DNA from: Pocillopora damicornis
Lineage: Eukaryota
Direction of reading: 5' to 3'
DNA: 64,000 nucleotides
Assembly: GCF_003704095.1 (NCBI RefSeq)
Contig: NW_020847478.1
Location: 124,001 to 188,000, forward strand
The position numbers and the translations under genes were made by a program. Position 1 is the first letter of the stretch. Each line of letters begins with the position of its first letter. Shown here piece after piece: positions 11,901 through 25,200 of this stretch. The notes under the pieces were generated by a model that was given only the letters and a program-made list of their open reading frames with translations, did no database searches and was not told where the DNA came from.

Positions 11901-14180
11901 TAGAAACGAATAGTCTATCATNNNNNNNNNNNNNNNNNNNNNNNNNNNNNNNNNNNNNNNNNNNNNNNNNNNNNNNNNNNNNNNNNNNNNNNNNNNNNNN
12001 NNNNNNNNNNNNNNNNNNNNNATCATGTGACTTGAACGGCCTCACGCGTTTGTATTGGAAATATAGACAAGAATCCTTATATAAGGGCCGTACGTAATGG
12101 CGTCAGCAGAGCCGAATAAAGGGAGACGGTCTCACAAAATGCCGAGCTGATAGAGGAGAGGAAGATAACGGAAAAGCGACGATCATTATCATAAAATGCT
12201 TATTAGCTGAGTTGAAGTGACCGGGTGAGAAAATATTTGTTTCTCGGTTATAACCCACGTATCGCGCTCGACCACGTAACATTAACTCTTGATGAATGCA
12301 TGTTATCTTCTTGAGTACGCCTGACTTTGTTGATTTAATACAAAAGTCATTTTCGAATAAGCGCCAAATCAAACCCTAAAAATTCCCCTTAACTGCCCTG
12401 ATACTTAAGAGACAGACATGTTTCTTCACAAATACCTTATAAACAGCCTTCTTTTGCAAGATCAGGATATGTTACCAAGTGCTTGCAATTGAAGTTCACT
12501 AAATCTTCCTCTTAGATTTAGTCACGCGGTTGAGTTATAAAAACCTCCCTATTATCAAAGCAGATAGGGACGATCACGTGGTCATTAACAAACAATTTCC
12601 TTTAGCTGCAATTCATTGCTTGATGACTTGCCAACTTACCGAATAAGTGCGCACAATGGATAAACTAATTATAGTTTTAGCAACCGAAAGTAGCTCTTTG
12701 TTCACATGACAGAGTATCACTGAAAACAACCGTTAGAATTGGTGCGTTGAACAGAACAACTCGTGTTTACAGCGGGGCGATGATAAATGCGTACAGACTA
12801 ATATTACAGCTGACTGAAAAAAGTCCGTACGACTGAAACTGATATTTTCAAGTGACCTAAGCTCGCCCTGGGAAAAAATAAAAATGCCTATTTGTTGACA
12901 ATGTCAACAAGTTATTAAGGAAATGAGTTAAACTTCACGAATGATGGGAAAACATTTGAAAGTGAAAACAAAATTCGGAAAGCTTTTAGAGGGTTCTATG
13001 GTCCGCCGAAACACATCACTATCAGGAAACACAGCTTACTGTCTTCCTTACTGAATGGCAATCCTCTTCTGCCTAGAAAACTGATAATAAAATGAACAGG
13101 AGAGGACAACAAGGCTCGTCTGATCTTCCTTTTGCTTGTCCCTTTGTTTGCTCCATTTCTCCACCTCGCGCAGTTCCTCGCGAGGTTCGCGTTCAAAGGA
13201 AACGGAATGGCTGTCCCACTAAAAGTTAGCGTTACTCTTATCTGTNNNNNNNNNNNNNNNNNNNNNNNNNNNNNNNNNNNNNNNNNNNNNNNNNNNNNNN
13301 NNNNNNNNNNNNNNNNNNNNNNNNNNNNNNNNNNNNNNNNNNNNNAATTTGGGGGACGGTAGGACTTTTTAACTGAAGTACTTATTCTAATTTAGCGATG
13401 AGGTTCGTCCGCATGGCTGGTGGGGTCGTGGATATAAAATAATTACGTTCGTCTGCAACAGTTTGCACCTAANNNNNNNNNNNNNNNNNNNNNNNNNNNN
13501 NNNNNNNNNNNNNNNNNNNNNNNNNNNNNNNNNNNNNNNNNNNNNNNNNNNNNNNNNNNNNNNNNNNNNNNNNNNNNNNNNNNNNNNNNNNNNNNNNNNN
13601 NNNNNNNNNNNNNNNNNNNNNNNNNNNNNNNNNNNNNNNNNNNNNNNNNNNNNNNNNNNNNNNNNNNNNNNNNNNNNNNNNNNNNNNNNNNNNNNNNNNN
13701 NNNNNNNNNNNNNNNNNNNNNNNNNNNNNNNNNNNNNNNNNNNNNNNNNNNNNNNNNNNNNNNNNNNNNNNNNNNNNNNNNNNNNNNNNNNNNNNNNNNN
13801 NNNNNNNNNNNNNNNNNNNNNNNNNNNNNNNNNNNNNNNNNNNNNNNNNNNNNNNNNNNNNNNNNNNNNNNNNNNNNNNNNNNNNNNNNNNNNNNNNNNN
13901 NNNNNNNNNNNNNNNNNNNNNNNNNNNNNNNNNNNNNNNNNNNNNNNNNNNNNNNNNNNNNNNNNNNNNNNNNNNNNNNNNNNNNNNNNNNNNNNNNNNN
14001 NNNNNNNNNNNNNNNNNNNNNNNNNNNNNNNNNNNNNNNNNNNNNNNNNNNNGATCGCAAACAGGAAAGTGAGATGTCCTGACTAATCCATACAACATGC
14101 GATTTTTGGTCCAGTGTCATGCTGACGAAGGACATTTTAGGTCACGAGTTTCGAAATAAATCGCATTAGTCCTTTACGTT
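8990..14180. repeat. Multi-copy non-coding segmental duplication (units about 8990-10480, 10590-11870, 13346-14180; related block at 34300-35400)
   Basis: Recurrent strings aatttggggg(c/a)cggtaggactt, accacggtaaatgtc, gagacgttagcaag, cattttaggtca and gcgaaataaatcg in each unit. Confidence 0.75.
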
Positions 14181-15279
14181 ATATGGAAAAATATAGGCGG
14201 AAGTCACCACCAAAAATACAAGGATGTCAAATTGATCAGCAAACACAAAGCTGGTNNNNNNNNNNNNNNNNNNNNNNNNNNNNNNNNNNNNNNNNNNNNN
14301 NNNNNNNNNNNNNNNNNNNNNNNNNNNNNNNNNNNNNNNNNNNNNNNNNNNNNNNNNNNNNNNNNNNNNNNNNNNNNNNNNNNNNNNNNNNNNNNNNNNN
14401 NNNNNNNNNNNNNNNNNNNNNNNNNNNNNNNNNNNNNNNNNNNNNNNNNNNNNNNNNNNNNNNNNNNNNNNNNNNNNNNNNNNNNNNNNNNNNNNNNNNN
14501 NNNNNNNNNNNNNNNNNNNNNNNNNNNNNNNNNNNNNNNNNNNNNNNNNNNNNNNNNNNNNNNNNNNNNNNNNNNNNNNNNNNNNNNNNNNNNNNNNNNN
14601 NNNNNNNNNNNNNNNNNNNNNNNNNNNNNNNNNNNNNNNNNNNNNNNNNNNNNNNNNNNNNNNNNNNNNNNNNNNNNNNNNNNNNNNNNNNNNNNNNNNN
14701 NNNNNNNNNNNNNNNNNNNNNNNNNNNNNNNNNNNNNNNNNNNNNNNNNNNNNNNNNNNNNNNNNNNNNNNNNNNNNNNNNNNNNNNNNNNNNNNNNNNN
14801 NNNNNNNNNNNNNNTTTACAGCCTCCGTTTTGTCTTGGTCCAGTTCCGCTCGTGTTATTGGTTCAAATTTTGATCCAAATACAGAAATTGATTGAATTTA
14901 CCATAACGTTCCAAACGTTCATTTAAAGACGAAATTAGAAGTGTATCTTGATCGGAAATGCTGAAGCCCGCTTCCAGGGACCACGCGACCAGTCATTATT
15001 TATTTTCTTATTCCGGTTATCAAGGTTGCGTAAGCTCAATGGCCCATTTTCGGTGGTCACTGACTCCGAAAAACTGAAAGTCTTTCTTTTTATTTACCGC
15101 CTGTGTATGTAAGGCCCGATATCAAGGGCTTCGAAAGTCAAGCAGTGAAAAATATTTGAAAAAAAAGGCGGAATAAACTGGCTAACACCCGTAAAACTGT
15201 TGTTAAGATATAAATTTTACAAATGCCTTCAAGCACATAAAGCAAAAAGGAGATTTCAGTGAGAGGCGGGTTGCAGGAT

Positions 15280-17378
15280 TCCTAAGCGACGCTTTAGTGC
15301 CACTGTTGACTCGCAATATTTGCTTGAGGCCGCGCTTAAACCCTGTCAAGCTCTGGGTCGTTTGAAAATTAAGCCACAGTTTTTTCGGAAATGTATTCCC
15401 TGTAGAAGTAAATAAAACCGGAATTTACCATAAGCTAAGGCATAGTGACCTATTAAATGTTGTTGTTTCCGCCGCTGTGTTTGTCTTCAGTGAATCGCAT
15501 GTGCACGGTAACAGATCCATTTCTTTCCATGGCAAACAAAATTATTCTCCATTTTTGGTTGCTTTTTATACCAGCGGCAGATTTTGATAAGCCTTCAGTT
15601 TCATATTGTAATGACGAAGAAGTTTTGCGGCCCCAGAGCACGTGGCAGATGCTCATAGAAAACATTCAGCTTTTCCGTGAAAAATTTAAATTTGTTTGCT
15701 GAAACACTTTGAACAAGCCGACTCCCTTCAGTGACGAACGAAAGTTTAAGTTTTAAGAGAAAGTAGAAAAAAATAAAGAACGCCAAGGATTTCAACCTCA
15801 CGTCAAAACAGTAATTTGCGAAAATAACTTTCGCTGCCGTGTCTGATCTCCAGGCAATCAAACCTCGTACATAATTTTATGTAAATGTAGAATGATTTCT
15901 CTTCTCTCAGTTAAGGCGAAAGAAAAAAGGGAGAGAGAGTGGTACTTACTGTATGATAATTCAAAGAGTCCTTGACGGCAGGTTTTACAAAACTTCAAGA
16001 TGTAGATGTTCCTTGGTTGGTTACTTTTCGGTGTGACTGACTGGTTTCACATGTTTGATATTTCAATTCCCTTCAATCAACATCCGGAGGGACATGACCT
16101 AGTGGGTCACGACGATCGGCAATAGATAAGTGGTAGTCATTGCGGTTGGAAGGCTTCCAATCGCAATGTCATCTATTGGTAGACATTACGGTGTTTAAGA
16201 TATCTTCTTTTTAACTACAAAAACATTGCCTGTTCAAACTTTTATTCACCCTCTAGCCATAAGAAAAGGAAAAGAAAAAGGCGACGAAATCGCTTCAATG
16301 GTAACCTTTTCCTGCTTATAAAGTTCAATAAAAAATAAAAAACTTAAAGAAGTTGTTATGCTTTGTAAAGTTACTCCAACCAAACTCAAGCCCTTAAAAA
16401 AATAAAGAGTCCTACGATCGTTTCAGGTTCATCAGGCGATGCTGAAAAAATTAATTTACCGAAAATAATTTTTTCACACTTGAAGTTCACTTCAGGTGAT
16501 CAGCAATACCTGTTGAGGATCCGATCGCGATAAGATCTGATTACAGCCTCGTTTTTCCCTTCACTCCAGTATTCCAACTTATTTCATTAGAGTTTCAATA
16601 CGTCGAGGCTTTGTTAACTTTTCAGGGCTTGATGTTTTTGTCCAGTCTTTCCACCGCCAGCAACTTGATAGTACGTTCCAAGCAAAGCGAAAGAGGAAGT
16701 GGCGACGTTATTATTATCAAATCACCTGCAAGGTAATCTCTGGTCCATTGCTAAATTGTTTCAGCAATGTCTTAGACGTCTTCAGTTCAACAATGTATAA
16801 AGAGTCCTTGACGAAAATGTCTTAAGTTTTACAAAGACAAAAGATAGTCATTGCTGAAACCTGGATAAAAACTCTCGTGACCGGCGCTCACGAACAACGA
16901 ACTTTATGTTTCACGCCCAGACAAACAACTTCTCCCTTGTCGCTGTCATGAAATATTTTCATTACTCCGGTGGCACGTGAGGCGCGGAAAATCATGAAAT
17001 TTCCACAACTCTGCTCTTATAAAAACTCAGTGTTTCCCAAACTTAAACCGTTGCACAATTTCTGAACACAGATGGTTTTAATGTTTTTCATTCACTTTCA
17101 TCTTGGTTGGCAGAGCGAAACTTATTGTAGGGCTTAGACTTCCTACAAAGTAAATGATTTTCTTAATGACCTTACACCTCGATTGATATGTTCTGTCAAT
17201 GAGTTTCGCTGCCAGAGTTTAGACGTAATATCTTTTCTCCTCTCAAACAATGTCTCAATGGGGTTAACCGTTCACCGAAAAACGGCCGAAAAATCAAACC
17301 TGACAATTTTTTATCGTCAATCTTAAAAAAAAAAGATGACTGTAAAAACACACTTTCTTTGACAACTATAGTGAGAGA
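15280..17378. repeat. About 2 kb direct segmental duplication of 23640-25745
   Basis: Near-identical sequence by eye (e.g. 15336-16540 vs 23766-24972; 16780-17370 vs 25135-25745). Confidence 0.85.
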
Positions 17379-18047
17379 NNNNNNNNNNNNNNNNNNNNNN
17401 NNNNNNNNNNNNNNNNNNNNNNNNNNNNNNNNNNNNNNNNNNNNNNNNNNNNNNNNNNNNNNNNNNNNNNNNNNNNNNCGGTCTATTGCACAACAAAACT
17501 AGGAGCGCCACTGGGAGCTGTTATCGAAAGGGTGTATGCTCGAATGCAATTTTTTGGTTTACTGTTAGGTGGGAAGATACACGCTGAACGAGTGGGAGAA
17601 GGGTAGTCAAAATTTTAAATGTTCAGTNNNNNNNNNNNNNNNNNNNNNNNNNNNNNNNNNNNNNNNNNNNNNNNNNNNNNNNNNNNNNNNNNNNNNNNNN
17701 NNNNNNNNNNNNNNNNNNNNNNNNNNNNNNNNNNNNNNNNNNNNNNNNNNNNNNNNNNNNNNNNNNNNNNNNNNNNNNNNNNNNNNNNNNNNNNNNNNNN
17801 NNNNNNNNNNNNNNNNNNNNNNNNNNNNNNNNNNNNNNNNNNNNNNNNNNNNNNNNNNNNNNNNNNNNNNNNNNNNNNNNNNNNNNNNNNNNNNNNNNNN
17901 NNNNNNNNNNNNNNNNNNNNNNNNNNNNNNNNNNNNNNNNNNNNNNNNNNNNNNNNNNNNNNNNNNNNNNNNNNNNNNNNNNNNNNNNNNNNNNNNNNNN
18001 NNNNNNNNNNNNNNNNNNNNNNNNNNNNNNNNNNNNNNNNNNNNNNN

Positions 18048-18721
18048 AGTTTTCACAGATCACACGTATGCAGCAAAGTTATAACTCGTACAAATTTCAG
18101 CTCAGTCAGCTCTGTGGAAACAAACCACACAGTATCACTGGTATTGGTGCCGTCTCCCACAAGCCAAGTAACCGCCTCATTGAGCATGCGCACTGCATAT
18201 CAGAAGACCCCGGTGGCTGATCGTCATTCGAGAGCCGCAATCATTGGTGCTGCTGTTGGTGTTCCATTAGCTGTAGTCCTGTTGCTGTTGGTCATTTGCT
18301 ATTTTCTTAAAAGAAAGAGTAATCACCGAGTAAATAAGAGGGTTAATGACGCCGAAAGGTCGCAAGAAACACGTGGCAAAGAAGAGTCTGGTGGAATTGA
18401 TTTAGAACAGTTAAACACAGAAAGGTTACAGCCAGTAGACGATANNNNNNNNNNNNNNNNNNNNNNNNNNNNNNNNNNNNNNNNNNNNNNNNNNNNNNNN
18501 NNNNNNNNNNNNNNNNNNNNNNNNNNNNNNNNNNNNNCCTACATGACTAATCAAGCTTTGAACATGATTTTCACTGAAAGCATCATAGGGAATGCTCTCA
18601 GCTTGATATCTCCTTTTTTTTACTCAAATATTTCCAGATGTCTGCAAGCTATCAATAGAGGAAAGTGAGGCTACTTCGCCAAGTGTCGAAGAAACTCTGC
18701 CACCGGACTACAACAACACAG
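18048..18721 (+). CDS. TNF-receptor-like protein, subfamily B, copy 1 (partial; ectodomain lies in the gap; visible pieces 18048-18443 and exon 18638-18721)
   Basis: About 94% identical to 20490-20885. Ser/Thr-rich stalk, TM segment AAIIGAAVGVPLAVVLLLLVICYFL followed by KRK, and the same 84-nt downstream exon. Confidence 0.75.
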
Positions 18722-20066
18722 GTAAACCCTTTGTGCGATCTAAGCACTAGTTACGATGTTTTCAAACGTGCTCTTTATAGAAGACAGTCTGACCAATCTC
18801 NNNNNNNNNNNNNNNNNNNNNNNNNNNNNNNNNNNNNNNNNNNNNNNNNNNNNNNNNNNNNNNNNNNNNNNNNNNNNNNNNNNNNNNNNNNNNNNNNNNN
18901 NNNNNNNNNNNNNNNNNNNNNNNNNNNNNNNNNNTTCCAAAATTACTTCTTCCCCCAGATGGAGGGGGTCCAGTAAATCCTTCCCCCCACCCACCCGCCC
19001 CTTCCTTAATTCGAGTGATAAAATCATTACAACTATTGGAGTATAAACTTTAGAGATACCCGGCAATAAGGTAAGGTCGTTTATGGTCAAAACAACGACG
19101 ATGATCACATCCGAGAGTTTGAGANNNNNNNNNNNNNNNNNNNNNNNNNNNNNNNNNNNNNNNNNNNNNNNNNNNNNNNNNNNNNNNNNNNNNNNNNNNN
19201 NNNNNNNNNNNNNNNNNNNNNNNNCGTGCCTTAAATACACAGGCGGCAAATAAAAAGAGAGGCTTTTAGTTTTTCGGAGTCAGTGACCACCGGAAATGCG
19301 CCATTGAGCTTAGCAATCTCGATAACAGGAAGAAGACAAGAAATAATGACTGTCCCTAAAAAACTTTCGGAAGTGGTGTTCAGCATTTCCGATCAAGAAG
19401 CGCTTCTGATTTTGTCTTCCAATAAACGTTTGGAACATTATGGTAAATTCGATTAATTTTGATCTTTGGAACAAAATTTGAACCAATAACACGAGCGGAA
19501 CTGCAACAAGATATAACGGAGGCTGTAAAGTGTTCCACCTCATTAAGTACTTAACATCACTCTATATCACTATCAATCTAGATACTGCGAGCTCCCTCAT
19601 AGATCAAAAACCTATTGTTTATTGCACAAGTAAACTTAGGGAAACTGAAACATACGGTATTTTGCTTTTCAGTTTATTTCGTAAAAATAATAAACCACCA
19701 TTTTATCGGTTTAAGCCACTTGGAATGTTGGGAGAACATTCGACGTTCTCCCAACATTCTAAGTGGGTTTTTCCGCCTGTAAACCGAAATAAAGTACGGT
19801 CTATTGCACAACAAAACTAGGAGCGGTACTGGGAGCTGTTATCGAAAGGGTGTATGCTCGAATGCAATTTTTTGGTTTATTGGTAGGTGGGAAGATACAC
19901 GCTGAATGGGTGGGAGAAGGGAAGTCAAATGTTCAGTAAACTCGCTGCTATCATTTAAAATATGTACTTTACATTCCATGTTATCGAAAGGCTTGTCTTT
20001 TGCGCACCAATAGTTTTGATATTCGTTGTAAACATTCCTTGATCAACATTCATTGATCATTTCCAG

Positions 20067-21791
20067 ATGTCTTTTTCCAAGTTCGTATCCCCTTGTCACG
20101 GTGACAGTATTGCGATATACAACTCTACCAGCGGAGCGGTCAAGTGTCAGGCCTGTGTTAAATGCCCCCAAGGACGAGGCCTCTCTGTGCAATGCAGTTC
20201 TGTTCAAAGCCCAGAGACACCCATAGTTTGCGAGCCATGTGTGCATGGGAAAACATACTCATCTGGAAAAGACGCCGGGGCATGCTTGAGCTGTGAGAAT
20301 TGTGAGGAGTATCGCGAAACCATAAAAGCCTGCACTCTGACTTCCAAGGCAGTGTGTGGAAAGTGTAAGCCTGGCGCTTACCAAGATGACCAGCTAACAC
20401 GATTGTGCCAGCCCTGCTCCCGCTGTTGTGATGATCAAGATGATCAAGTCGAGCCACAGTGCCAAGAAATGCCTGAAAACAAGCGGTGCAGTTTTCACAG
20501 ATCACACGTATGCAGCAAAGTTATAACTCGTGCAAATTTCAGCTCAGTCAGCTCTGTGGAAACAAACCACACAGCATCACTGGTATTGGTGTCGTCTCCC
20601 ACAAGCCAGGTAACCACCTCATCGAGCATGCACACTGCATATCAGAAGACCCCGGTGGCTGATCGTCCTTCGAGAGCCGCAATCATCGGTGCTGCTGTTG
20701 GTGTTACATTAGCTGTTGTCCTGTTGCTGTTGGTCATTTGCTATTTTCTTAAAAAAAAGAGCAATCACCGAGTAAATAAGAGGGTTAATGACGCCGAAAG
20801 GCCGCAAGAAACACGAAGCAAAAAAGAGTCTAGTGGAACTGATTTAGAACGGTTAAACACAGAAAGGTCACAGACAGCAGAAGATAGTAACGCCACATCG
20901 CCAGGGTCCAAGGAAACTCAAATACTTGTCCAGAACAGTACAGGTCAGTGAACCTACATGACTAATCAAGCTTTGAACATGATTTTCACTGAAAGCATCA
21001 TAGGGATTTCTCTCAACTTGATATCTCCTTTTTTTACTCAAATATTTCCAGATGCCTGCAAGCTATCAATAGAGGAAAGTGAGGCTACTTCGCCAGGTGT
21101 CGAAGAAACTCAGCCACCGGACTACAACAACACAGGTAAACCCTTTGTGTGATCTAACCTCTAGTTACGATGTTTTCAAACGTGCTCTTTATAGAAGACA
21201 GTCTGACCAATCTCCTTGATTTATCTTTTTATCATAAACTTCCTTTGGTCTACATGCCGTAGAGGCTTATAGGAAATAAGAAAGTAGTTAGAGGAGGCAT
21301 CCAGGTCGTGTATATTTTCATGAGTAGGGTTCCAAAATTACTTCTTCCCCCAGATGGAGGGGATCCAGTTACTATTCCCACCCACCCACCCGCCCCTTCT
21401 TTAACTTGAGGCCCTCGATGGTCAGTGATAAAATCATTACAACTATTGGAGTATAACTTTAGAGATACCCGGCAATAAGGTAAGATCGTGTATGGTCAAA
21501 ACAACGACGGTGATCACATCCGAGAGTTTGAGAAATTTGAAAATAAAACAATAAAAATCTTAGGTTTTTTTGTCAGTTCATTGTTACCAACTGGTTAACA
21601 ATAAAGAGTGTATATACCTGATTCTTGAGTTTTCTTTTTTTTTGTCTCCTATCTTAGAGCACCAGCTGTTCAAGAAGGCTCCCAAAGACAACAGTTGTCA
21701 CACTATGGTGAAGACGACCACTATAAACACCGTGACCTACTGTTCAACTTGTAGTTCTGGTCCAGAATCTACAGGGTATGGAGAAGAATGA
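20067..21791 (+). CDS. TNF-receptor superfamily-like protein (TNFRSF19/XEDAR/EDAR-type), subfamily B, copy 2; exons 20067-20943, 21052-21135, probable last exon from 21658
   Basis: About three Cys-rich TNFR repeats (CQACVKCPQGRGLSVQC...CEPC..GKTYS...CLSCENC...CT..SKAVCGKCKPG.Y...CQPCSRCC), then a stalk, one TM helix, a basic stop-transfer and an acidic tail with no visible death domain. GT-AG phase-1 junctions. The last exon is less certain. Confidence 0.85.
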
Positions 21792-21977
21792 AGAGCGGTT
21801 GTATAGATAATAATACTTCAGGTTTTCAGTCTCGAAATTCGATGACACTGGTTTTGTATCCATTTGAATTTGTTCATTGTCCGTCGGATGATGATCTCGG
21901 GTGATGATCTCGCAGTGTCTAAACGAACGAACATTTATGACAAAGCGATACTCTGTTAGTGAATACCTAGCAAGCGA

Positions 21978-22210
21978 GGGGTCCGTTTCTCGAAAGTCCT
22001 GCTGACTTAACAAGTTCGAAGCCTTATTTAAAAATCAAAATTTAAGGAATAGAGAGGCTGGTCATTTCACCTTAACCTGTCCATCTTGCTTCCTTAGCTG
22101 ATAGTTTTATTGCATAATTTTTTCAAAAATATTAAAACTTCCATCTAGAATAAAAACATAACAACTTTATAGGCCCGTTAACTTACCGGGACCTTCGAGA
22201 AACGAGCCCC
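21978..22210. mobile_element. MITE with about 22-bp terminal inverted repeats
   Basis: ggggtccgtttctcgaaagtcc ... ggaccttcgagaaacgagcccc (inverted, about 3 mismatches); no coding capacity. Confidence 0.7.
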
Positions 22211-25200
22211 CTACGTAAACTAGACGGAGTGTTATGCGTTTTAAATTAACAACAGTTCTTCAAATACTGTGATTCAAACTTTGCTTGATATATAAATGAA
22301 TTTCTTTGGTCCACCACTGAGCTATGGGAGACTCGCGGCAGGCTTGGCTGTTGCTAGGATAGGATGGTCGATATGTAATGTTTATGCGCAATGATTATGT
22401 AAATGAAGATGGTAAATTTTATGCCTGGTGATTTTAAGTGAACGGTGATCTTAATCAGTAAATGACACTGGCATATTCGGAGAAAAATAACATAATTCAA
22501 TGGGAATAACTCTTCCAGTCATTCATGTGATTGATTGGTCTCTAACGGATTCACTTAATTTTTTTCCCATTTGGATACATTTTCAAATAAGCAATTTACT
22601 GCCTGATCGAAATTGGGGCATAACTGTATCGCTTTGTCCAATGTAAACTCTATAGTTTCGACTTATTTGTGTTTTTTATTTTTTGAAAAGCATACTTTAG
22701 GGAAAAAAGTGCATAGTTTTCGAAAACGAGCATAATTTTGAACATAATTTGGAAAAAAGCTGAGCAATGCTAATAGCATAATATGCTACTTCTATTAGGG
22801 TCTAGTCCTTTACCCGTGTTAGAACGTAATGGTTTTAGGTTACCTTGCATCTAGAGTTTACCTTAAGAGCGATTATGAATAAAAAGCTTTGTGGTTAATT
22901 TTCTATGGAACAGTCGCTGCCTGTTTATTTTTTTTTCTTTAGGGGCTTACAAATATGCCATACCATGATTTGAAAATAAAATTGCGCGTTTCTGGTTGGC
23001 TGACAACGAGTTAACACTTTTATGAACGACAACGAATAAATGCAATATCGGCAGGGAAAAAAGAGGACAAACGTAATGGATGGAAATTTTAGTTCGCGCA
23101 TGCGGTCTACAAGAAACATCGAGTTAATTATTACTTCTCTGGTTAATACCAAATTATGTTTTTGCATAAATCAAGCGTCCATGGCAACCCCTCGGGCCAA
23201 GATCTAGTTTAGCCTATGAAATCTTGCTGCGTATGCAATGTATGCGAGCGAAATTTAGCACGCGGATGCATGCACATAAAAGAGGCACTTGCTGTCGAAA
23301 ATTTGAGTAAAATCGGTCAAATTTTGCCTGTGTTCGACGAAAACACGTTGCCGTACTGGAGTCCAATAAGCATACCCTACGAAATTGACTGAAAACTTTG
23401 ATTTCAATTTGGAAAAGGCCCCAATTTTTCCCAGCAAACCAAGAGTCACAAGAGAAGACTTGAAACCTTACTGAACAACTGACAGAGGTAAGTTTTTTAA
23501 TCCGAATTGTTTGAGAGTCCATTCGAGGCCCTTTTTGATAAGTTAAGATCGGCTGTTATGCGACACCGTTTTGAATTTCGGAGGTACTGAATTTCAAGCA
23601 AAACAGTCTGAAAACGGCTGGAAAGCTTTAGTTTTGGTTCCAAAGAGTGCGGTAACACTTTTATTNNNNNNNNNNNNNNNNNNNNNNNNNNNNNNNNNNN
23701 NNNNNNNNNNNNNNNNNNNNNNNNNNNNNNNNNNNNNNNNNNNNNNNNNNNNNNNNNNNNNNNNNGCTTAAACCCTGTCAAGGTCTGGGTCGTTTGAAAA
23801 TTAAGCCACAATTAATGTTTTTTTCGGAAATGTATTCCCTGTAGAATTAGATAAAACCAGAATTTACCATGAGCTGAGGCATAGTGACTTATTAAATGTT
23901 GTTGTTTCCGCCGCTGTGTTTGTCTTCAGTGCATCGCATGTGCATGGTAACAGATCTATTTCTTTCCATAGCAAAAAAAATTATTCTCTATTTTTGGTTG
24001 CTTTTTATATCAGCGGCAGATTTTGATAAGCCTACAGTTTCATATAGTAATGACGAAGAAGTTTTGCGGCCCTAGAGCACGTGGCATATGCTCATAGAAA
24101 ACATTCACCTTTTCCGTGAAGAATTTAAATTTGTTTGCTGAAACACTTTAACAAGTCAACTCCCTTCAGTGACGGACGACAGTTTAAGTTTTAAGAGAAA
24201 ATAGAAAAAAATAAAGAACGCCAAGGATTCCAACCTCACATCAAAACAGTAATTTGCGAAAATAACTTTCGCTGCCGTGTCTGATCTCCAGGCAATCAAA
24301 CCTCGTATATAATTTTATGTAAATGTGGAATGATTTCTCTTCTCTCAGTTAAAGCGAAAGAAGAAAGGGAGAGAGAGTGGTACTTACTGTATGATAATTC
24401 AAAGAGTCCTTGACGGCAGGTTTTACAAAACTTCAAGATGTAGATGTTCCTTGGTTGGTTACTTTTCGGTGTGACTGACTGGTTTCACATGTTTGATATT
24501 TCAATTTCCTTCAATCAACATCCGGAGGGACATGACCTACTGGGTCACGACGATCGACAATAGATAAGTGGTAGTCTTTGCGGTTGGAAGGCTTCCAATC
24601 GCAATGTCATCTATTGGTAGACATTACGGTGTTTAAGATATCTTCTTTTTAACTACAAAAACATTGCCTGTTCAAACTTTTATTCATCCTCTAGCCATCA
24701 GAAAAGGAAAAGAAAAAGGCGACGAAATCGCTTCAATGGTAACCTTTTCCTGCTTATAAAGTTCAATAAAAAATAAAAAACTTAAAGAAGTTGTTATGCT
24801 TTGTAAAGTTACTCCAACCAAACTCAAGCCCTTTAAAAATAAAGAGTCCTTCAATCGTTTCAGGTTCATCAGGCGATGCTGAAAAAATTAATTTACCGAA
24901 AATAATTTTGTCACACATGAAGTTCACTTCAGGTGATCAGCAAAACCTGTTGAGGATCCGATCGCGATAAGATAAACAAGGGAGTTGTTCTTCCTGCGCA
25001 AAGTGGTTTGGTGGCACGCAACACGCAGAATGTAAGTCTCTTAGGAAGCTTTTATTTATGGTTAAAAAAAGCAAACTTTTCTGGTCTTGGTTGAAACACT
25101 AACAAAAAATTATAACGTCAAAAGTATCATTTTCGTCTTCAGTTCAACAATGTATAAAGAGTCCTTGACGAAAATGTCTTAAGTTTTACAAAGACAAAAG

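Noticed and set aside
14120-14170. ctgacga...cgaaa hammerhead-like string
   Set aside because: Stems are poor and the core is not conserved in the paralogous copies at about 10176 and 11535.
13443-14926. Long ORFs in the ORF track spanning N-runs (also 4407-5228, 17569-18084, 31226-31991)
   Set aside because: Artefacts of stop-free N gaps; only flanks with recognisable TNFR sequence were kept.
15453-15861. Short ORFs in the duplicated block
   Set aside because: No recognisable domain, and the frames are not reported intact in the near-identical copy at about 23890-24290.
8990-17378. CRISPR-like or prokaryotic defence array
   Set aside because: Repeats are kb-scale diverged duplications with no regular repeat-spacer periodicity and no cas or other prokaryotic genes.
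23170-23495. RFX-like half site (ccatggcaac) and gag|gtaagt donor suggesting a non-coding first exon
   Set aside because: No downstream exon could be assigned; the motifs are too short to support a call without transcript data.
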